Assembly: GCA_965113315.1 (NCBI GenBank)
Contig: OZ220363.1
Reading direction: 5' to 3' (one strand)
Length of the DNA stretch: 64,000 nt
Source: Podarcis vaucheri
Lineage: Eukaryota
In this document: piece after piece, positions 35,501-60,589 of the stretch
Layout of the letters: each line of letters begins with the position of its first letter
Numbering within the stretch: position 1 is the first letter of the stretch
The notes under the pieces: generated by a model
Database searches by the model: none
What the model was told of the DNA's origin: nothing
Seen by the model: only the letters and a program-made list of their open reading frames with translations
Made by a program: the position numbers and the translations under genes

Positions 35501-38500
35501 GACTGTGGTTCATGACCCCAGCCCCAGCACTGTAACGCTGCTATTTTAGTTTGGTGCCCTTGGTCAATCCAGTAATGCAGTGTACACAGTTGTGTCTGGG
35601 TCCAGGGTAAGCAGAAATGCCTACCCCCCCCCTCAAAAAAGTTTAGGAGGCTTTTTTTTACTTGTTTTCTAATATGTATGCAGGTTAGAACAATGCTCAA
35701 TTATGTGCTAAATCCCGGTCTAACCCTCTGCAAATGACACTGCAGGTCACAAAAACAGAAAGGCCTAAACTCAGTGACAATTACAGCATCTAATTTCCTT
35801 CCCCTCAGTTGAGGATGATAAGAAGCCTCTTTGTTATGGGGTCTATAATTTTGCCCAGGTGCTGAGTGTTTCTTTACATGACCAAGAATGGACAACAGCA
35901 AACATTCCCTGGTGAAGCTGTCATTATCTGCATCAGTGTTGGCAGCTTTTAGAAATAGCTCTGCACAGCACCTCCATTTTTATTGTGGTTGGAATAAATA
36001 GTTATTGACCCTGGCATTTATCATCCCCCTTCCCCTAGCACATACTCCTCTTGAGTTTAGCCAGGGCTCCCTTTGCAGCTCAGTTATGTGAGCCTAGAGG
36101 GTGAGTATTGAGTCCACCATCCACTCCCCCAGCAATAAGCGCTGTACCTGCATCCCAATCTGCTGGGGAGTCTGCTCACTCCACAGTGCCACACCTGTAC
36201 ATCCCCACAGTGAAGGAAGGCGCCTTGTTGAGAGAATGTGCTTTAGCAAGGATTGGACTAAGCTGGTCCTTCACTCTTCCTATGGCATGGAACAACATCA
36301 GGGGTCTACACACCCTTGCTGGTTGCATTGGAGTCTCATGAGGACACCAGTTGAAAAGTCCTATTAGTGCCAATTTACATTATGAACAACAGGCCTGTGA
36401 GAAGTGAACCAAGACTAAGAACGGGCATTATCAATAAAGTTTTATCTTGAAATTGTATGTCAGTTTGGTCATATCCGAACTAGCAAATACTGAATAGTCC
36501 TTAGCTTTTCTACTCTGTCAAGTCCAAGTGGTTTGTTGGATGTTACACTCACCTGTGGCTTATGTTGTAGTTTCATTCCATTCTTCGGTAGTAGAGGAAC
36601 CGGCAGTGTGCTGCTTACAAGCCAACTATCCCATCTGTGTCTCAAGACCATTGTTGAAGCCAGAATATTTCTAGTAACTGGAATAAGGACTCTTTGAAAT
36701 AAGTGGTCTGTGAAAGAGGCCATGACCCTAAAAGGAAATTCACAGCCTTTGTTTTTAAGGCAGTGGGTTTCTAAACCCTCCTCCCCCATGTACACTGATG
36801 TATTGATTCATACATAGCCAGCATCCTCCCATCTCTTCTTCTCCTGATGTTTGTGCCAGATAAACTCAACCTCACTCGTGCTGCCTCTGCATCCATCCTG
36901 AGTTCCCATACCTTTAAGTGAACTGGGCACAATATTGCTTTCACAGATCAACACCCTGTGAATGTTATATGGATGCATGACTTCTGTTGGTTAGGTGGGT
37001 TTCTTTTTTGTTAAGTTTTTCTTTTTCTTTTTTTAAGAAATTGAATAGCCTGGTGCTCATAGTGATTTGCAGTCTCTTTGCTGCCTTCTTTTCTGTAGCC
37101 TTCCAGTCCCTTGTGGGTTTGGTACAATTGTGTCTAGATTTTAGTCTATTAAGGTGGGAAGAAAAAGAAGGGGTCCAGAATAAACGATCAATTTGTATTT
37201 ATTTAACATTTTACTAAATAAAACTATGAAATCTATTGTCTCTAGTTGTTTATCATGCAGCTGTGTTCATGTGTGCTGATCACTCTTTGCTTTATCCACA
37301 CTGAAGCTGCAAACGAAGAGAAATGCCGCTTCTCCCATCAAAGCTGAAGGCTTAACTGCAAACAGGTATGTTGTGCCACACCCTAAAGGTGCAGACACTG
37401 CAGGCAGATCAATATTGGCACTTCCAGGATTTGGAAACTAAGGCTAGCCCAAGGCCTAATTCTGTCTTGTATTTCTAGTGTAGGCCCCATATAAATAGAG
37501 AATACTCAGAGCTGCGTTTCAGCTCCTGTCTTCCATCCTTTCAATTCTCCTCACTTGGCCTTTTCCCCTGGGGCCCCATTGCAACAGTTTTCTTCACCAC
37601 CGCATGCTTATAGTATAGGAAGAGTCTTTTGTCCATTTAGTGCTCTGCTATCCTATATTGAGCTCCTTTCTCCCATTTTCAAAATCCTCCAGTGCAATGA
37701 GGTCTTTTCCCAGCTGTGCTGACCTTATGCTTCCCTCCAGTCCTCCTCATTCTACACTTTGAGGCTGTTCTTCCGAGCAGTTAGAGGTTTGCAATATCTA
37801 TGATATCACAGCTGATCAGCCATAAAAGCAGGTAGGGGACCTTTACAGCACACCTGCAAAGCTGAACCTCTCCTATACTTATTATTTCTTGGCCTGTAGA
37901 AAAATAAAATACAAAGTTTTATAATGATAAAGAGTCTGGGCTTCAGTTTCCCTTCTTTACAGAATTTAAAGCTCCCTGGACCTGCAAGGAGAGTTGGCAA
38001 TGACCTGAACTTGGCAAAGTCTACTGCAATCACTGACAGCTTGGTCCTATGAGGGCAGTAGAATAAGTCAAGTGTGCTTCAACTTCTGGGAATAGCTTCC
38101 TGTATGGATTGTCCTAAGTGGGTGGTAACTAAGTTTTACTCAGAAAGTAGACCTGTTGAAAATAATGACTAATTAACTTGACTAAGGCCCACTAATTTCA
38201 GTGGATCTACTTCGAGTAAAAGAAAGTTGGATACCATGCAGAATACTTTCCTGTCCCTGGCAGATTTGTGGGTTGTAGCCAAGAGTTCCCTGAAGGAATT
38301 GTTTCTCTAGTTTGTTCTCTCCCCTGTTCCTCATTTTCATGACTAGTAGAAATGAGAAACGCATTAATACTATGTGGACATAATAACCAAACAACTCTCA
38401 CAGCAGCTTGAAAAGGATTTTCCTCAAAACTTTAATGTTTTTTAAAAAGGAATACTTGTGCCCATGCTGTACAGTGCTCAGTGTGGGACAGTTTCAGCGT

Positions 38501-40805
38501 TTACATCAGCCTGTCTAGAGGGATGGAAAACTTTAATCCCAGCACTTTGGAAGCTCTTGAATTCCATGAAATCAAAGGAAAAATCAAAGATTCCAGCAGA
38601 AGAAGAAGACCCTAGACAGACTCCAGAACCAAAGAGAGAAACTACCAGAAAATCTATGACACCCAAATCATTTACAGCTTGTGAGAAATCACCTTAAATT
38701 ATATAAACAGCAAGGAAAGAGTTTTCCCATTACATCTCCATCCTTGTGCTCCAGTGTTTGATAATTGTGGACCATGGCTGGGCTGAAGCTGCTCCCAGCA
38801 CAGACATTCAGCTACAGCATACATTAACAGACCCTACGTCAGTTGCAGATACAGCAAGATGCTCATGTGTTCCTTTCTTCAAGAAGTGGAATTAGTCCCT
38901 TCGAGCATCAGGTTCACCAAGCAGCTATCAGGACGGAAGCCTGCATGCAATGACTTGCCTACTTCCATGGTTGCACAGACTTAATCTGTAATCAGCTGTG
39001 ACACTTAACTGCATCTAGGCTGAAGACAGTCCGATTCCATTATGGACTCCTGCACAAGGCCCAATTGTGCAGTCCTTGGTCCTGATCATACAAACACACA
39101 GTTTGAGCTGATCTTACTCAGGAAAGCAGCTGATCAAGGCCATAGTCCAGCAGATATAGGAAGGGCAAGACTTGCGTTCCTCCATGGGAGGGGGAAAGTA
39201 TGTTTGGCAATGATGTGCAACATCAAGCTAAACAAGATTTACTGAATAGTAGCCATGATAAGAGGTTCTATTTAGCTCCGGTGAGATGAACTACACCCGC
39301 ATTTTAGATGTGGGGGTGGGGGGCGAATAGGCAAGCAGGGTTTGGGCTTTTTCCAAAATGCCCTGCTTACACATTTTCAAGGACTCTCGCCTGAATCATG
39401 TTGGAAAGAAGTTCGTTTGGACTAAAGGGATCTTGGTTTCAGCCATGTACTCACAGCAAAGCATGTGCGCTATATAGCCCCTGTAACAAGGACCTGGCTT
39501 TGCTTACACTAGGCTTTTTTCTAGATAGTAAAGTTATCCATGAAGTAGGCACAAGGCAGATTGAAGAGAAAGTTCCTTACCACTACCCCTGACAGCCACA
39601 TTTCTTGGTGGGCAATTTCCCAGAAGCCATGTGGTGGTGGTCAATAGCACCGAAGGCAGAATGTGGGTGAAGCAACAGTTGTGACTCTTCTGCCTTGTGT
39701 AGTTGTGTGTGTGTTATGGGACACCCTGTGCTAAAATATTTTCTATTCCAGTGCAGGGCTTCTCTACACACACATTATAAAAAGGAAAGGAAAGGCTGCA
39801 CCCATAGAGATAAGCAGGGACACATGCAGCCCCTAGGCCTCAGGTTCCCCACTTTAAACTTTCACAGTAGGTCCCACATCATCCTTTTCCCATCAGTAAA
39901 TCCCTGATCCATGACCAACAGGAAGGCTATGCAGATTTGTAAAAGGGTACAGGCAACTCCTGTTTTGCATGGGTTCAAAGAATGTGCGACTGTGCACACA
40001 TACACTGGTTTTGGGCCTGCAAGATGGTGTTACAGGGTCGGGTGGGCTTATGCATGCTCCACCAACATGCACAGTACCCTGACATACAACCCATGCACAA
40101 ATTGAGTTGCCTGTATATGCATACAGTCCCTCTTGCCACATATATAGGAATAGCTCACATAAGATTTTCTAGATGCTCACTTTATATGATTTAGTCATAA
40201 TTGTCCTATTTCGGTTTTGGCTTAGAGGGGACAAATGAAAGAGCTGGAAATAAGATGGGGCTACTACACTGATAGAGGGACACAAGACATTACTAGAAGT
40301 CTCAATTTCCACGTCTAGTCTACCTTTCTACCACAGGAAACAGGTGACTGTAGCTGAATTAAGGCATCAGGCTCGTGGGGTGGGAAAGGCCCACCTTCAA
40401 AACAGCAACAGAGGAAGTTGCTTTAGAGTCAGGCCACTGGTACACCAAGAGGAAGTGGCTCTCCAGGATGTCAGCTCAGGAACACACCTTCCCTCCTCTT
40501 CATTCCCATGCTTCCCCCCTCAATTTGGAAACAGATGTACACAAATGTATGGAACTTGCCTAATTTAGATTGGGAGCACTGTTTTGATTGGCTCCATAGC
40601 CCTGAATGACATGCCACCCGCCCCGCCCCAACCGGCTGCAATTGTACCCACAACTTAGACAAAGTGTGTGGCATCCGGCTACCATTGGGAGAGTGGCTCT
40701 GCCGTCGGTCTGCACTGCTCCAGGACACGAGCGTGGTCCGCTGTCCCTCCTCTGCAGGGCATGAGTTGCCTTGCACGGACTGTCCTTTGGTGTGTGTCTT
40801 GCCGT

Positions 40806-52214
<11,409 letters not shown>

Positions 52215-53043
52215 GATGGTGGCAAAGGTCATGTGGGCAGGCCTAGCCGCACCGGAGCCAGCATCCTACACCCTGCAAGGGAAGAACAAAAGAGTGAACC
52301 AAAAATGGTAACCAGCGGAATTGATCCTCAAAATGGAAATGGAGGACTTTGCTAGACTTGGCTTTCCAGAACCAGCAACAGCAGCAGCAAGCAGCTGAAA
52401 CATCTGCCCCCAACTTTGGGTAAAATGGGCTTTGTTCTGATGTGAGTCCACAGCCTATTCATTTTGCACCAGCACAGTCTCCTGACTTGAGGTCAACAGC
52501 CACATCCTCCTCTCCCATGAAGCCTACCCAGTAGCGGGGGCCTCATTCATTCTCCAAAATGGCCAAGGGTGTCTTGAAACATGCTGGAACTGCAAAAGGT
52601 GTCACCAGGACTTCTAATAGCTGACGATCACATCTGAGGAAGCCAAGGAGTCCTCTCTGAGTCCCACCAGCCAGGATTTGGAAAAGCAAGAAGGATCCTA
52701 CTCTTTCAACTCCCTTGGCTTAGCAGTAGATAATTTCCCAGTAGGAACTTGCCAAACAAAAGTCCTTGAACTCTCAGCTGTGTGCTTCATTCCACCCTAA
52801 TCAGCACCAGAGTCATCCAAGCTGAACCCAGTTCTAGAAACACATGGCAAAGGGTAACATGAAGGTCCCTTGTTTTAACATATACTGCTGAAAATGATGC
52901 ACACAGAGAAGACTTAACCCCCACGGAGGAGATGTGCCGTGCACATCTTCAAGAAAAGCCCCTGATATCAAGAGGTCCTCCAAACTCACAGCCCTTGCCA
53001 CTTACCCAGCACTCCTTTGTTCAGCAGAGGCAATTCACTAATA

Positions 53044-53269
53044 CAGTGGTACCTCGGGTTACATACACTTCAGGTTACACACTCTGCTAACCCAGAAATA
53101 GTGCTTCAGGTTAAGAACTTGGCTTCAGGATAAGAACAGAAATCGTGCTCCGGCGGTGCGGCAACAGCAGGAGGCCCCATTAGCTAAAGTGGTGCTTCAG
53201 GTTAAGAACAGTTTCAGGTTAAGAACGGACCTCCAGAATGAATTAAGTACTTAACCCGAGGTACCACTT
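53044..53269. mobile_element. Tc1/mariner (Tigger/pogo-like) MITE, copy 1
   Basis: TIRs CAGTGGTACCTCGGGTTA/TAACCCGAGGTACCACT, TA target duplication, internal TCAGGTTAAGAAC repeats. Confidence 0.85.
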
Positions 53270-53795
53270 TACTTTCTTCCAAGGAGAAACTTGCAGCCCA
53301 GAGTATGAACAATAGCCAGTGCAGGTCACTGGAAACAGTGTTTGGTTTGGAGATAAGGTAGATGTATGTTGTTGCTCAGCCATGAAACTCACCGAGTGGC
53401 CTCTCGTAAAACATTATCTCTCAAACTACCTCAATTTATGGAATTTTTGTGGGGACAAGAATTCCAAAGCACTTTATTATGCTGAAAAGGGCTACAGAAG
53501 CGATAAAATTAATACCTACATTGCTGTTTAACAGCTTGACCAGAGCAACTAAACCCTGGTCTGATGAAAGACAGATTTGTCCGTGTGTGCATGGCTCAAA
53601 CCCTGTTTTCAAAGTTAGGGCCCGGCTCTGCAGTGAATTAAAATAAAATAAAATTTCTGCAAAAACGCATAGAACAACTTCCTCAGAGTTAAAAACAGAG
53701 AGCAGGGCAGGAAGATTAGGAGCTGGGACTTTCCAGATAAGAAGATATAAATTGAGGTTCAAAGCAAAGACAGAAAACTGAGAAATGACTACTCT

Positions 53796-53980
53796 TATGC
53801 AAGAAAGGAGATTCCGACTAAACATAAGGAAGAGCTTTGTGATGGGAAGAGCTGTTCGACAGTGGAACGAACTTCCTCAGAAGGTGGTGGACTCTCCTTC
53901 CTCTGAGGTTTCTACGCAGAGGAAGGATGGCTATCTGATCCTCAGGGTCACTTCCAACTCTACAATCCTATGGTTCTGTG
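53796..53980 (+). mobile_element. CR1 LINE 3' end fragment
   Basis: QERRFRLNIRKSF..RAVRQWNELP..VVDSPS ORF2 tail plus ttccaactctacaatcctatg terminus. Confidence 0.75.
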
Positions 53981-55184
53981 CAACGGGCTTCTCTCATGTC
54001 ATCAGATTTTGGGCACCTCCTGGTGGTCAGGGGTCAGATGCATATTTTCCATTCACAAGTTCTCTGCAGTACAAAACAGGCAAGACAGACACTCCCGCTT
54101 GGGCTGGTCATTTGCTTGGCAACAGGACTGACTGGGCAGGCACAAAGCTGTGCAACCTACATGCGTGACTCTGAACAATGAGCTTAACAGTGTACCAGAG
54201 AATAGGCACTTCTCTTTCCCCTGGATACCTTCCATGGTCCCAAAGTTTTACTCTGCAGCATCAAAATGAGAGCACAGAAGAATGGCAATGTGGAGATGCT
54301 ATCGGAACTGTGATGCAAACCAAGAGAAAGGAACTCAAAATCAAGAGTGCAAAGAAGTTGTTCTGTGCCTTCCTGCCTGAATCAGTAGCGGAGAGAAAGG
54401 CAACAGTGGTGGTGCATAAATGGCTGGACCACCACAAACCAACGCCAGGTTGCTTATGCTTCAGGTGCGCCCTAGTGTGCAGTCCTGCAGTCTTCACTGT
54501 GCCCCAGGTTGGTTGTATGGGTGCTGATGCATAACTGAGCTGCTGACATCTGAACCTCACGGCTGACACAGAACTTGGTGTTCTGGCGGCAGGAGCGATA
54601 TCAGTGTTGAGTCAGAGCGCACTGCGCTGTTCCCAGTTTGAGAGCGCTCCTGCCACTTCCTGCCACCTTAGTGCTTCAGACAATGCGCATGCACACACAT
54701 ACACAGCCTTTGATGCTGGCAATGCAATTGCAAATGTTCCAGAATCAGCAGCTCCCTTCAGTGATGTGAGGCAAGCTGTGTGTATACCTCGGCTGTTCTA
54801 TTTGGCAGTCTGCAGAGTCAGCTATATGGAAGCCACATTTAAGTTTATTTCCATTTACTACCACATTCAAGTTTTCTAAAACAAACACAACAGGTATTAA
54901 AATCCAACAGAATGAAGGGAATGTCAGACAAGATGGGGAAAGGCAAGAGGAAATGATTGAAGGAGGGGGGACACACAAAGCAAGCAGGGCCTTTTAGCTT
55001 CAAAGTTTCATCTCTGCCATGTGATTTTATACTGCCTTCACTTATTTTTGTTGCTAATATGTATATGCTGTTATTTTATGAATTTTAGCTGGGGGGGTTT
55101 TAAATTCCTTGACCATGTAAGCCATACTGAAAAGCAGCAGGATGTAAATATCTAAATAAATAATATTTTAATGGAAGAGGAAAA

Positions 55185-55310
55185 ACAGGTAACCTGTGGC
55201 CCTCCAGATGATGTTCAATTCCCATCATTCCCAGCTCGAATGGCCACAAGTAAGAGATGATGGGGAGTTGTAGTCCAGCAACAACTGGAGGAACAGGGTT
55301 AGCTACCCTT
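55185..55310. repeat. Old ~140-bp palindromic MITE family copy
   Basis: tgtggcctccagatg...gagttgtagtccagcaacaactggagg. Confidence 0.6.
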
Positions 55311-55759
55311 GCATTAAGGAATGGGAGACAGACAGTTTTAACCCAAGAGGCACAATTAATTCTCTCCTGCATAAGCCTCACTGAAATGAGACCATATCAG
55401 TGGAGAGAGTGAAAGAAAACATCCTGGCTGCTGCTTCCCCATCTTTACCCATGGAATTTGGGCCTTTGGCCCCCAGGCACCAACATGTCTTAGGGAAGCC
55501 CTGATCTGATATAGTCCCTGGCAAAGCTGTCTTGCAGATCTCACGTTAAGTGGGCCCATCAGTAAAAACCATCAGACGATGAACAGATGCTGCTCTTGGG
55601 CTGCACCTTTTAATTGGCAGAGCATCGGAAAAAATTAGCTGGCCAACAGAAACCAATTTTAAATCTATGAACATTTTAAACAAGTGGGACTGTGAGTTAA
55701 GGGAATAGAACTTTGGGGCAATGTTGGCGTGCCATTCATTTGGCTAATGTGTAACTAGC

Positions 55760-55762
<3 letters not shown>

Positions 55763-55796
<34 letters not shown>
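55763..55796. repeat. (CA)n microsatellite
   Basis: Direct reading. Confidence 0.95.
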
Positions 55797-55798
<2 letters not shown>

Positions 55799-55855
55799 TA
55801 CACTTAACTTCACTATCTCATTAATGAACCTAGATTTGGCTTTGGGTAATACGCC

Positions 55856-56026
55856 TATTTATTTAATTTATATTTAATTTCTTACATGTATACCTCACTT
55901 TTCTTCTATTATGGAACCCAAGGCAGCATACATGCAGTCTGGCAGGAGGGACCCATCCAGGCACTGAGCAGAATCAGGCTTGTTTAACTTCAGCAAGGTT
56001 GTGGGCTCATATGCCTTCAGACCATA
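55856..56026 (-). mobile_element. Possible 5S-rRNA-derived SINE remnant
   Basis: Minus strand gaagttaaacaagc...cagtgcctggatggg resembles 5S A/C boxes; A-rich tail. Confidence 0.4.
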
Positions 56027-58264
56027 CCTTGGGTCAACAGACAGATGATCAATCAACTAATAATTATTTTAATTTGGTGAACAACCCAACCGTGAGCAAA
56101 GCCCCTAGATTTAAATGGGTAAATGCTGTGGAATTAGTAGTTTCCAGTCATCAGGAAATGGGTACATGTACAGAGCTGTCAGAAATCTCCAAAAAGAACG
56201 GTAACATAGAAATTCCATTATCTAGACTTGGAGGCATCTTTCCCCATGCCCATAAGTGGCTGAATCCAGTCTCTTTCTCCAGTGACTGGCAAGCATTAAA
56301 GGGAAGCAAGAGTTTCTCATGTGATTTTTTTCCAGCTTAGCATCCTGCTGTTCACAAAGCTAATCCTTAAGCCCTCCAGTCTCCAATGCGCCTGCTGCAT
56401 TCCTCAGAGACCCATGAGGCAATTACCAACCAGACAGAGGCTCCATTTAGGTTGAAGGGTCACTGGCTAAACCAAGTGGAAAACGCATTCATGACTGTTC
56501 CCTGATCTTCCTCATTTCCCTGCTCACCGGAGTGCAAAGGCATCAACATCTGTACCTTCCCATTAACACCGTGTGTCTAAAACAAACAAACAAAACACCC
56601 TAGCCCAGACAGTCTCTCATGGGTTCCATGTCTTACTTGCATATATGTAAAATGCAAGAAGACCAGACAGCCTTTGCCATTTGCCTGTTATGGAAGAGAG
56701 TGAGACAACACAGGCAACAAGGCACAAATTAGTTATTTATTTATTCATTTATTTTGCAAAGGAACAGGGAAAGCACCTGCTATAATCAGTGCATTAAGGG
56801 GAGGAGAAGACATTGCTGTGTGTTTGCCTCCTTAAAACTTTTACAGAACCAACTCCAAGCACCACAGATCTGTTACCCAGCATTGCTTCAAAGGGTGGGT
56901 GGGGGAGCCCAGATTTTGTTGTAAAGAACATAAGCCTTGGACTGATATGTGGAGAGAAGAAGAGAGGGTGCATGGGTGGAGTCTACCATATTCACAAACA
57001 ACAATTCCCACAGCCTAACATGCTATTGTGGTGCATATTCTTTGAGGGCCCCTATTTGAACAGAACTGTAGGGTTTATTTTCTATTATACAAGTCGTGCA
57101 ACTGGGTTTGTGGACCAGGTTATGATTTCCTAGCACTTCACTCCCCGCGCATAGCCCTCATTAGCAGCAGCCTCTAGGAACAAGGTGGCCATATCAAAGG
57201 CAGCTGCATTCACACTGTGATCTGGAAAAGCTTGTGCTTCCTTGAAAAGGGCTCCTCAGCAAGAAGATCGGGAAAGAAAGACAGGATTTCCCATCACAGA
57301 CAATCTTTTGCTGTAACGTACATCTGTAGTGATGTGAAAGCCCTGAATATAGGAAGTTTACAAACCACCATTCTAAGGTTGAGTTTAAAACCCAGTCACT
57401 CCCATCTTGCCCTGCATTCTCCCTGTTTTGTCGCTCTTTTTGATTTTATTATGTTTATATCCCACCTTTCTTCCGTCCAGGCACTGCCCAGAGCCAGACC
57501 TCTTTAGCTTCAGCCAAGTGGTGGTCTCATGCGGTGCCTTGGGGCCATATCCTGTGGACTATGCAACTTCCATGGCAAGGACATTGGAGACAGGAACCCC
57601 ACTCCTAAGCTGTACTATACAAGACGGTTACCTGCCCCCAACTCTTGGGACGGGGCTGACTTCCGTTTCAAAGTTCTAAAAGAGGTTTTTAGAAAAGTAA
57701 GAGCAGTTAATTATAAAGCGGGTGACTCTTGGTGGGGAAGGGTGTCTCTCTTGGGGAAAAGGGTTTTGCCTTTTATAAAATAACAGTTGAGATTCTGCCT
57801 GCAAGTGAGCTTTCCAGTGGTATTTGACTGTGTAAACACAACCACATACTATCAGCGATAACTATGCTAAAGCAAGGGGAGTTATGCTACAAGCTGAAGG
57901 AATGCAACGTGTGTGAATAACTCCCAATTTTATTCAGGCTGCAAACTCCAAGGGATCAGGTTGAACTTTTGTAGCCTCATTAGTTTGCTCAGTAAGCTGT
58001 GGATTCCAAGGCAAATGAGAAGAGCTTCCCATATCTCCACTTCATGCTACAAAGCTTAATCTCTCACTGCCGGGAGATGCATATTGTTAGTGGTTAGGTA
58101 TCCAAAATGCCAGATTCCCAGGATGTGTATGGACATGCTGGCGAGGCCCCTCTGTCAGGTTCTAATCCCATAACTTTGTTCCAGGAGAAAGGCAATGCCC
58201 CATAGCTTGATCACTGCCCCACAACCTCACATCCTAGATAAGAACAGTGAAAAGCATTCACATA

Positions 58265-58506
58265 TAGTGGTACCTCATGTTACAGACGCTTCAGGTTACA
58301 GATGCTTCCGGTTACAGACTCCGCTAACCCAGAAATAGTACCTCGGGTTAAGAACTTTGTTTCAGCATGAGAACAGAAATTGTGCTCTGGCGGCGCGGCG
58401 GCAGCAGGAGGCCCCATTAGCTAAAGTGGTGCTTCAGGTTAAGAACAGTTTCAGGTTAAGAACGGACCTCCGGAAGGAATTAAGTTCTTAACCCAAGGTA
58501 CTACTG
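58265..58506. mobile_element. Tc1/mariner (Tigger/pogo-like) MITE, copy 2
   Basis: Highly similar to 53044-53269; TA flanks. Confidence 0.85.
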
Positions 58507-60589
58507 TATTGCCTTTCCACCCCCATACACTGGAATCTCCCGCAAAAGGGCTGCCTTTCTCAAGAAGCCTATTAGTGTGCACGTCAGAGGAACATTACTG
58601 GTGCATGCATCCACTCACTTTGCTGAACACCGTGCAGATTCACGTTGTTTTTATTTATAACACATGTCCACAAAAGGAAGGCAAATGGTCATGTAAACAT
58701 TTAGGAAAAAGAGTTGCAAAAAGGCCATAAAGCCACTTGTGTGCTAATATTAATTATTCATATAGCTCCTGGGCAAGTGACAGAATAATGACTCCATGCC
58801 TGAGATTTGCATTAACAACAGCTGGAGGTTGTGCAGGAACCTTTCTTTAGTCATAGGACTAAAAAAAAAAAGGCCTGGATTACTAGTCAGTCATCCATTC
58901 AGAGCTCTTGTGCCTATTGATGTACAGAACTTTTGATGAGTCTTTAGAGTTGGAGGAGGGAAGAGCAGGTGTGTAAGGTCTGTAGGCAAAGGAACTGCTC
59001 TCCATACCCTTTGTAAGGATTGCTCAATGAAAGGGACATGCAGCGTTGCTGTTCAGACAAATAATGAAGCCCATCACACAGCAGGGCGTTGATTCACTGT
59101 GACACAACTGCAACCCCTTCCTATGGTGGACCCCCGCAGTGCCCAGTTGCAGAGGCCCCCAACCCCTCACACATCCTAGAAACAAGACAAGCAACTTTGA
59201 GGAGCCTTTTAAGTGAGGCTGCCTGGATATAGGTCAGGTGCACTGAGCTGGGGTAGAAGCTCTAGAAAGCAGCAAGTGCCAGCATGACACCCAGTTTCAT
59301 AATCCCTTCTCCTGCTGACATCATCATTGCTGGAGGGCACACCAACTGCTGAAACCCTGCTTTCTTGATCTTTCCAATAATACCACTGTGCCAGCTAGAT
59401 GCAATAGAAATATCTGTGTCAGGAGAAGACTCACGGGTTGTGCACCCTTCACCATGTCTATGCAGCTCTCGGCCTAGAGGAAGGGGGATGAAAGAAAGCG
59501 ATAGTTTGGGGGAAGGATATAAGGTACAAGGAAAATAAGAGAAGAAATTACAGAAGATAGGTAATATATATATTCACTGGAGAGGCATGTAGAGGAAAGG
59601 AAAACAAAAGTAAAAGCTTTCATCAGCAAATGGGGAGGACATTACAATACTTCCAGAACCAATGTTTGTACTTAGCTTGAGAAAAGTGAAGTGGTGGGAC
59701 ACCTCTGCCACAAGGTAAAAGCTCAAGCAAAGAACTTTCAAATATGGCTTACATCTCAGTAGAAAACGATGCCAGTAATTGCCAGCGGATTAAGCCAAAC
59801 TCTGCCTCCACCTGGCACCATGACTGGTTCTGCCCACCCTCCCTGCACCACCATTTTGTAGCTGGTGGGCCTCGGTAATTTTCAGCCGTCTCAAGTGGGC
59901 TTTAGAGTTGGAAAGTTTGAGGACTGACCTCTGTTCTAGGAGACGCTGCCTTACACCAAACGGCTACAGGATTATACAAAACTGGCTAATTATGAAGACG
60001 ACTGGAAGATATTCCTAATTCTTAGGAAAGGCTATTGTAGATCAGTAGCAGATCACACACTTTGCATGTAACCCCTTCCCTGTCCATTCAATCATTTGAA
60101 CCACCAGCTCAGGTTGATACAGCGCAGAGGCAGCGCCGATTAATATGGGCACCCCTGAACAGAGGCACCAATGGCCAGTCTTCCATGAACCACCCTTCGC
60201 GGTTATGCACACAAGTCCCAATATCAAGTTTTATTTATTAAAAGCACGTTACCTAGCTATTGAGCGGAAACAGCGCCTTAGATGTTACCAATAACAAGGC
60301 AACCCCTGCCCGTTCTAATCTAAAAGATGTGACACAATTGGGGGGGGGTTGAGGTTGGGAAGAGGCAAGCAACGTCTGGCAGCAGCCAAGTTACAAAGTT
60401 CTTCCGATCAGCTTGAATGAGAAAGGGAGGGAAAGGAGGCGCCAGACAGCTGGTCTCTTTGAGGTAACCAAACATTAAGAGGTTCCCAGGAGGTGTACAG
60501 CCCTGCTGGTGGGTCCCTTTTTTGTTCAGCCCTGTTCGAAACCCGCCACACACGCACACACACCCATTCACAAAAGGGGTTTAGGAAAA

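Larger units (their letters stand above)
31210..37245 (+). other. PHF21A: Probable long PHF21A 3' UTR; candidate poly(A) signals AATAAA at 36433 and 37217
   Basis: Repeat-poor, U-rich sequence after the stop; AATAAA 37217-37222 followed by GU-rich sequence; actual end not provable from DNA. Confidence 0.5.

Noticed and set aside
52799-52820. TCAGCACC as an RE1/REST site near LARGE2
   Set aside because: Left half-site only; no GGACAG half
53555-53590. CTGATGA followed by a small GAC/GTC stem, hammerhead-like
   Set aside because: No GAAA, stem III or stem I
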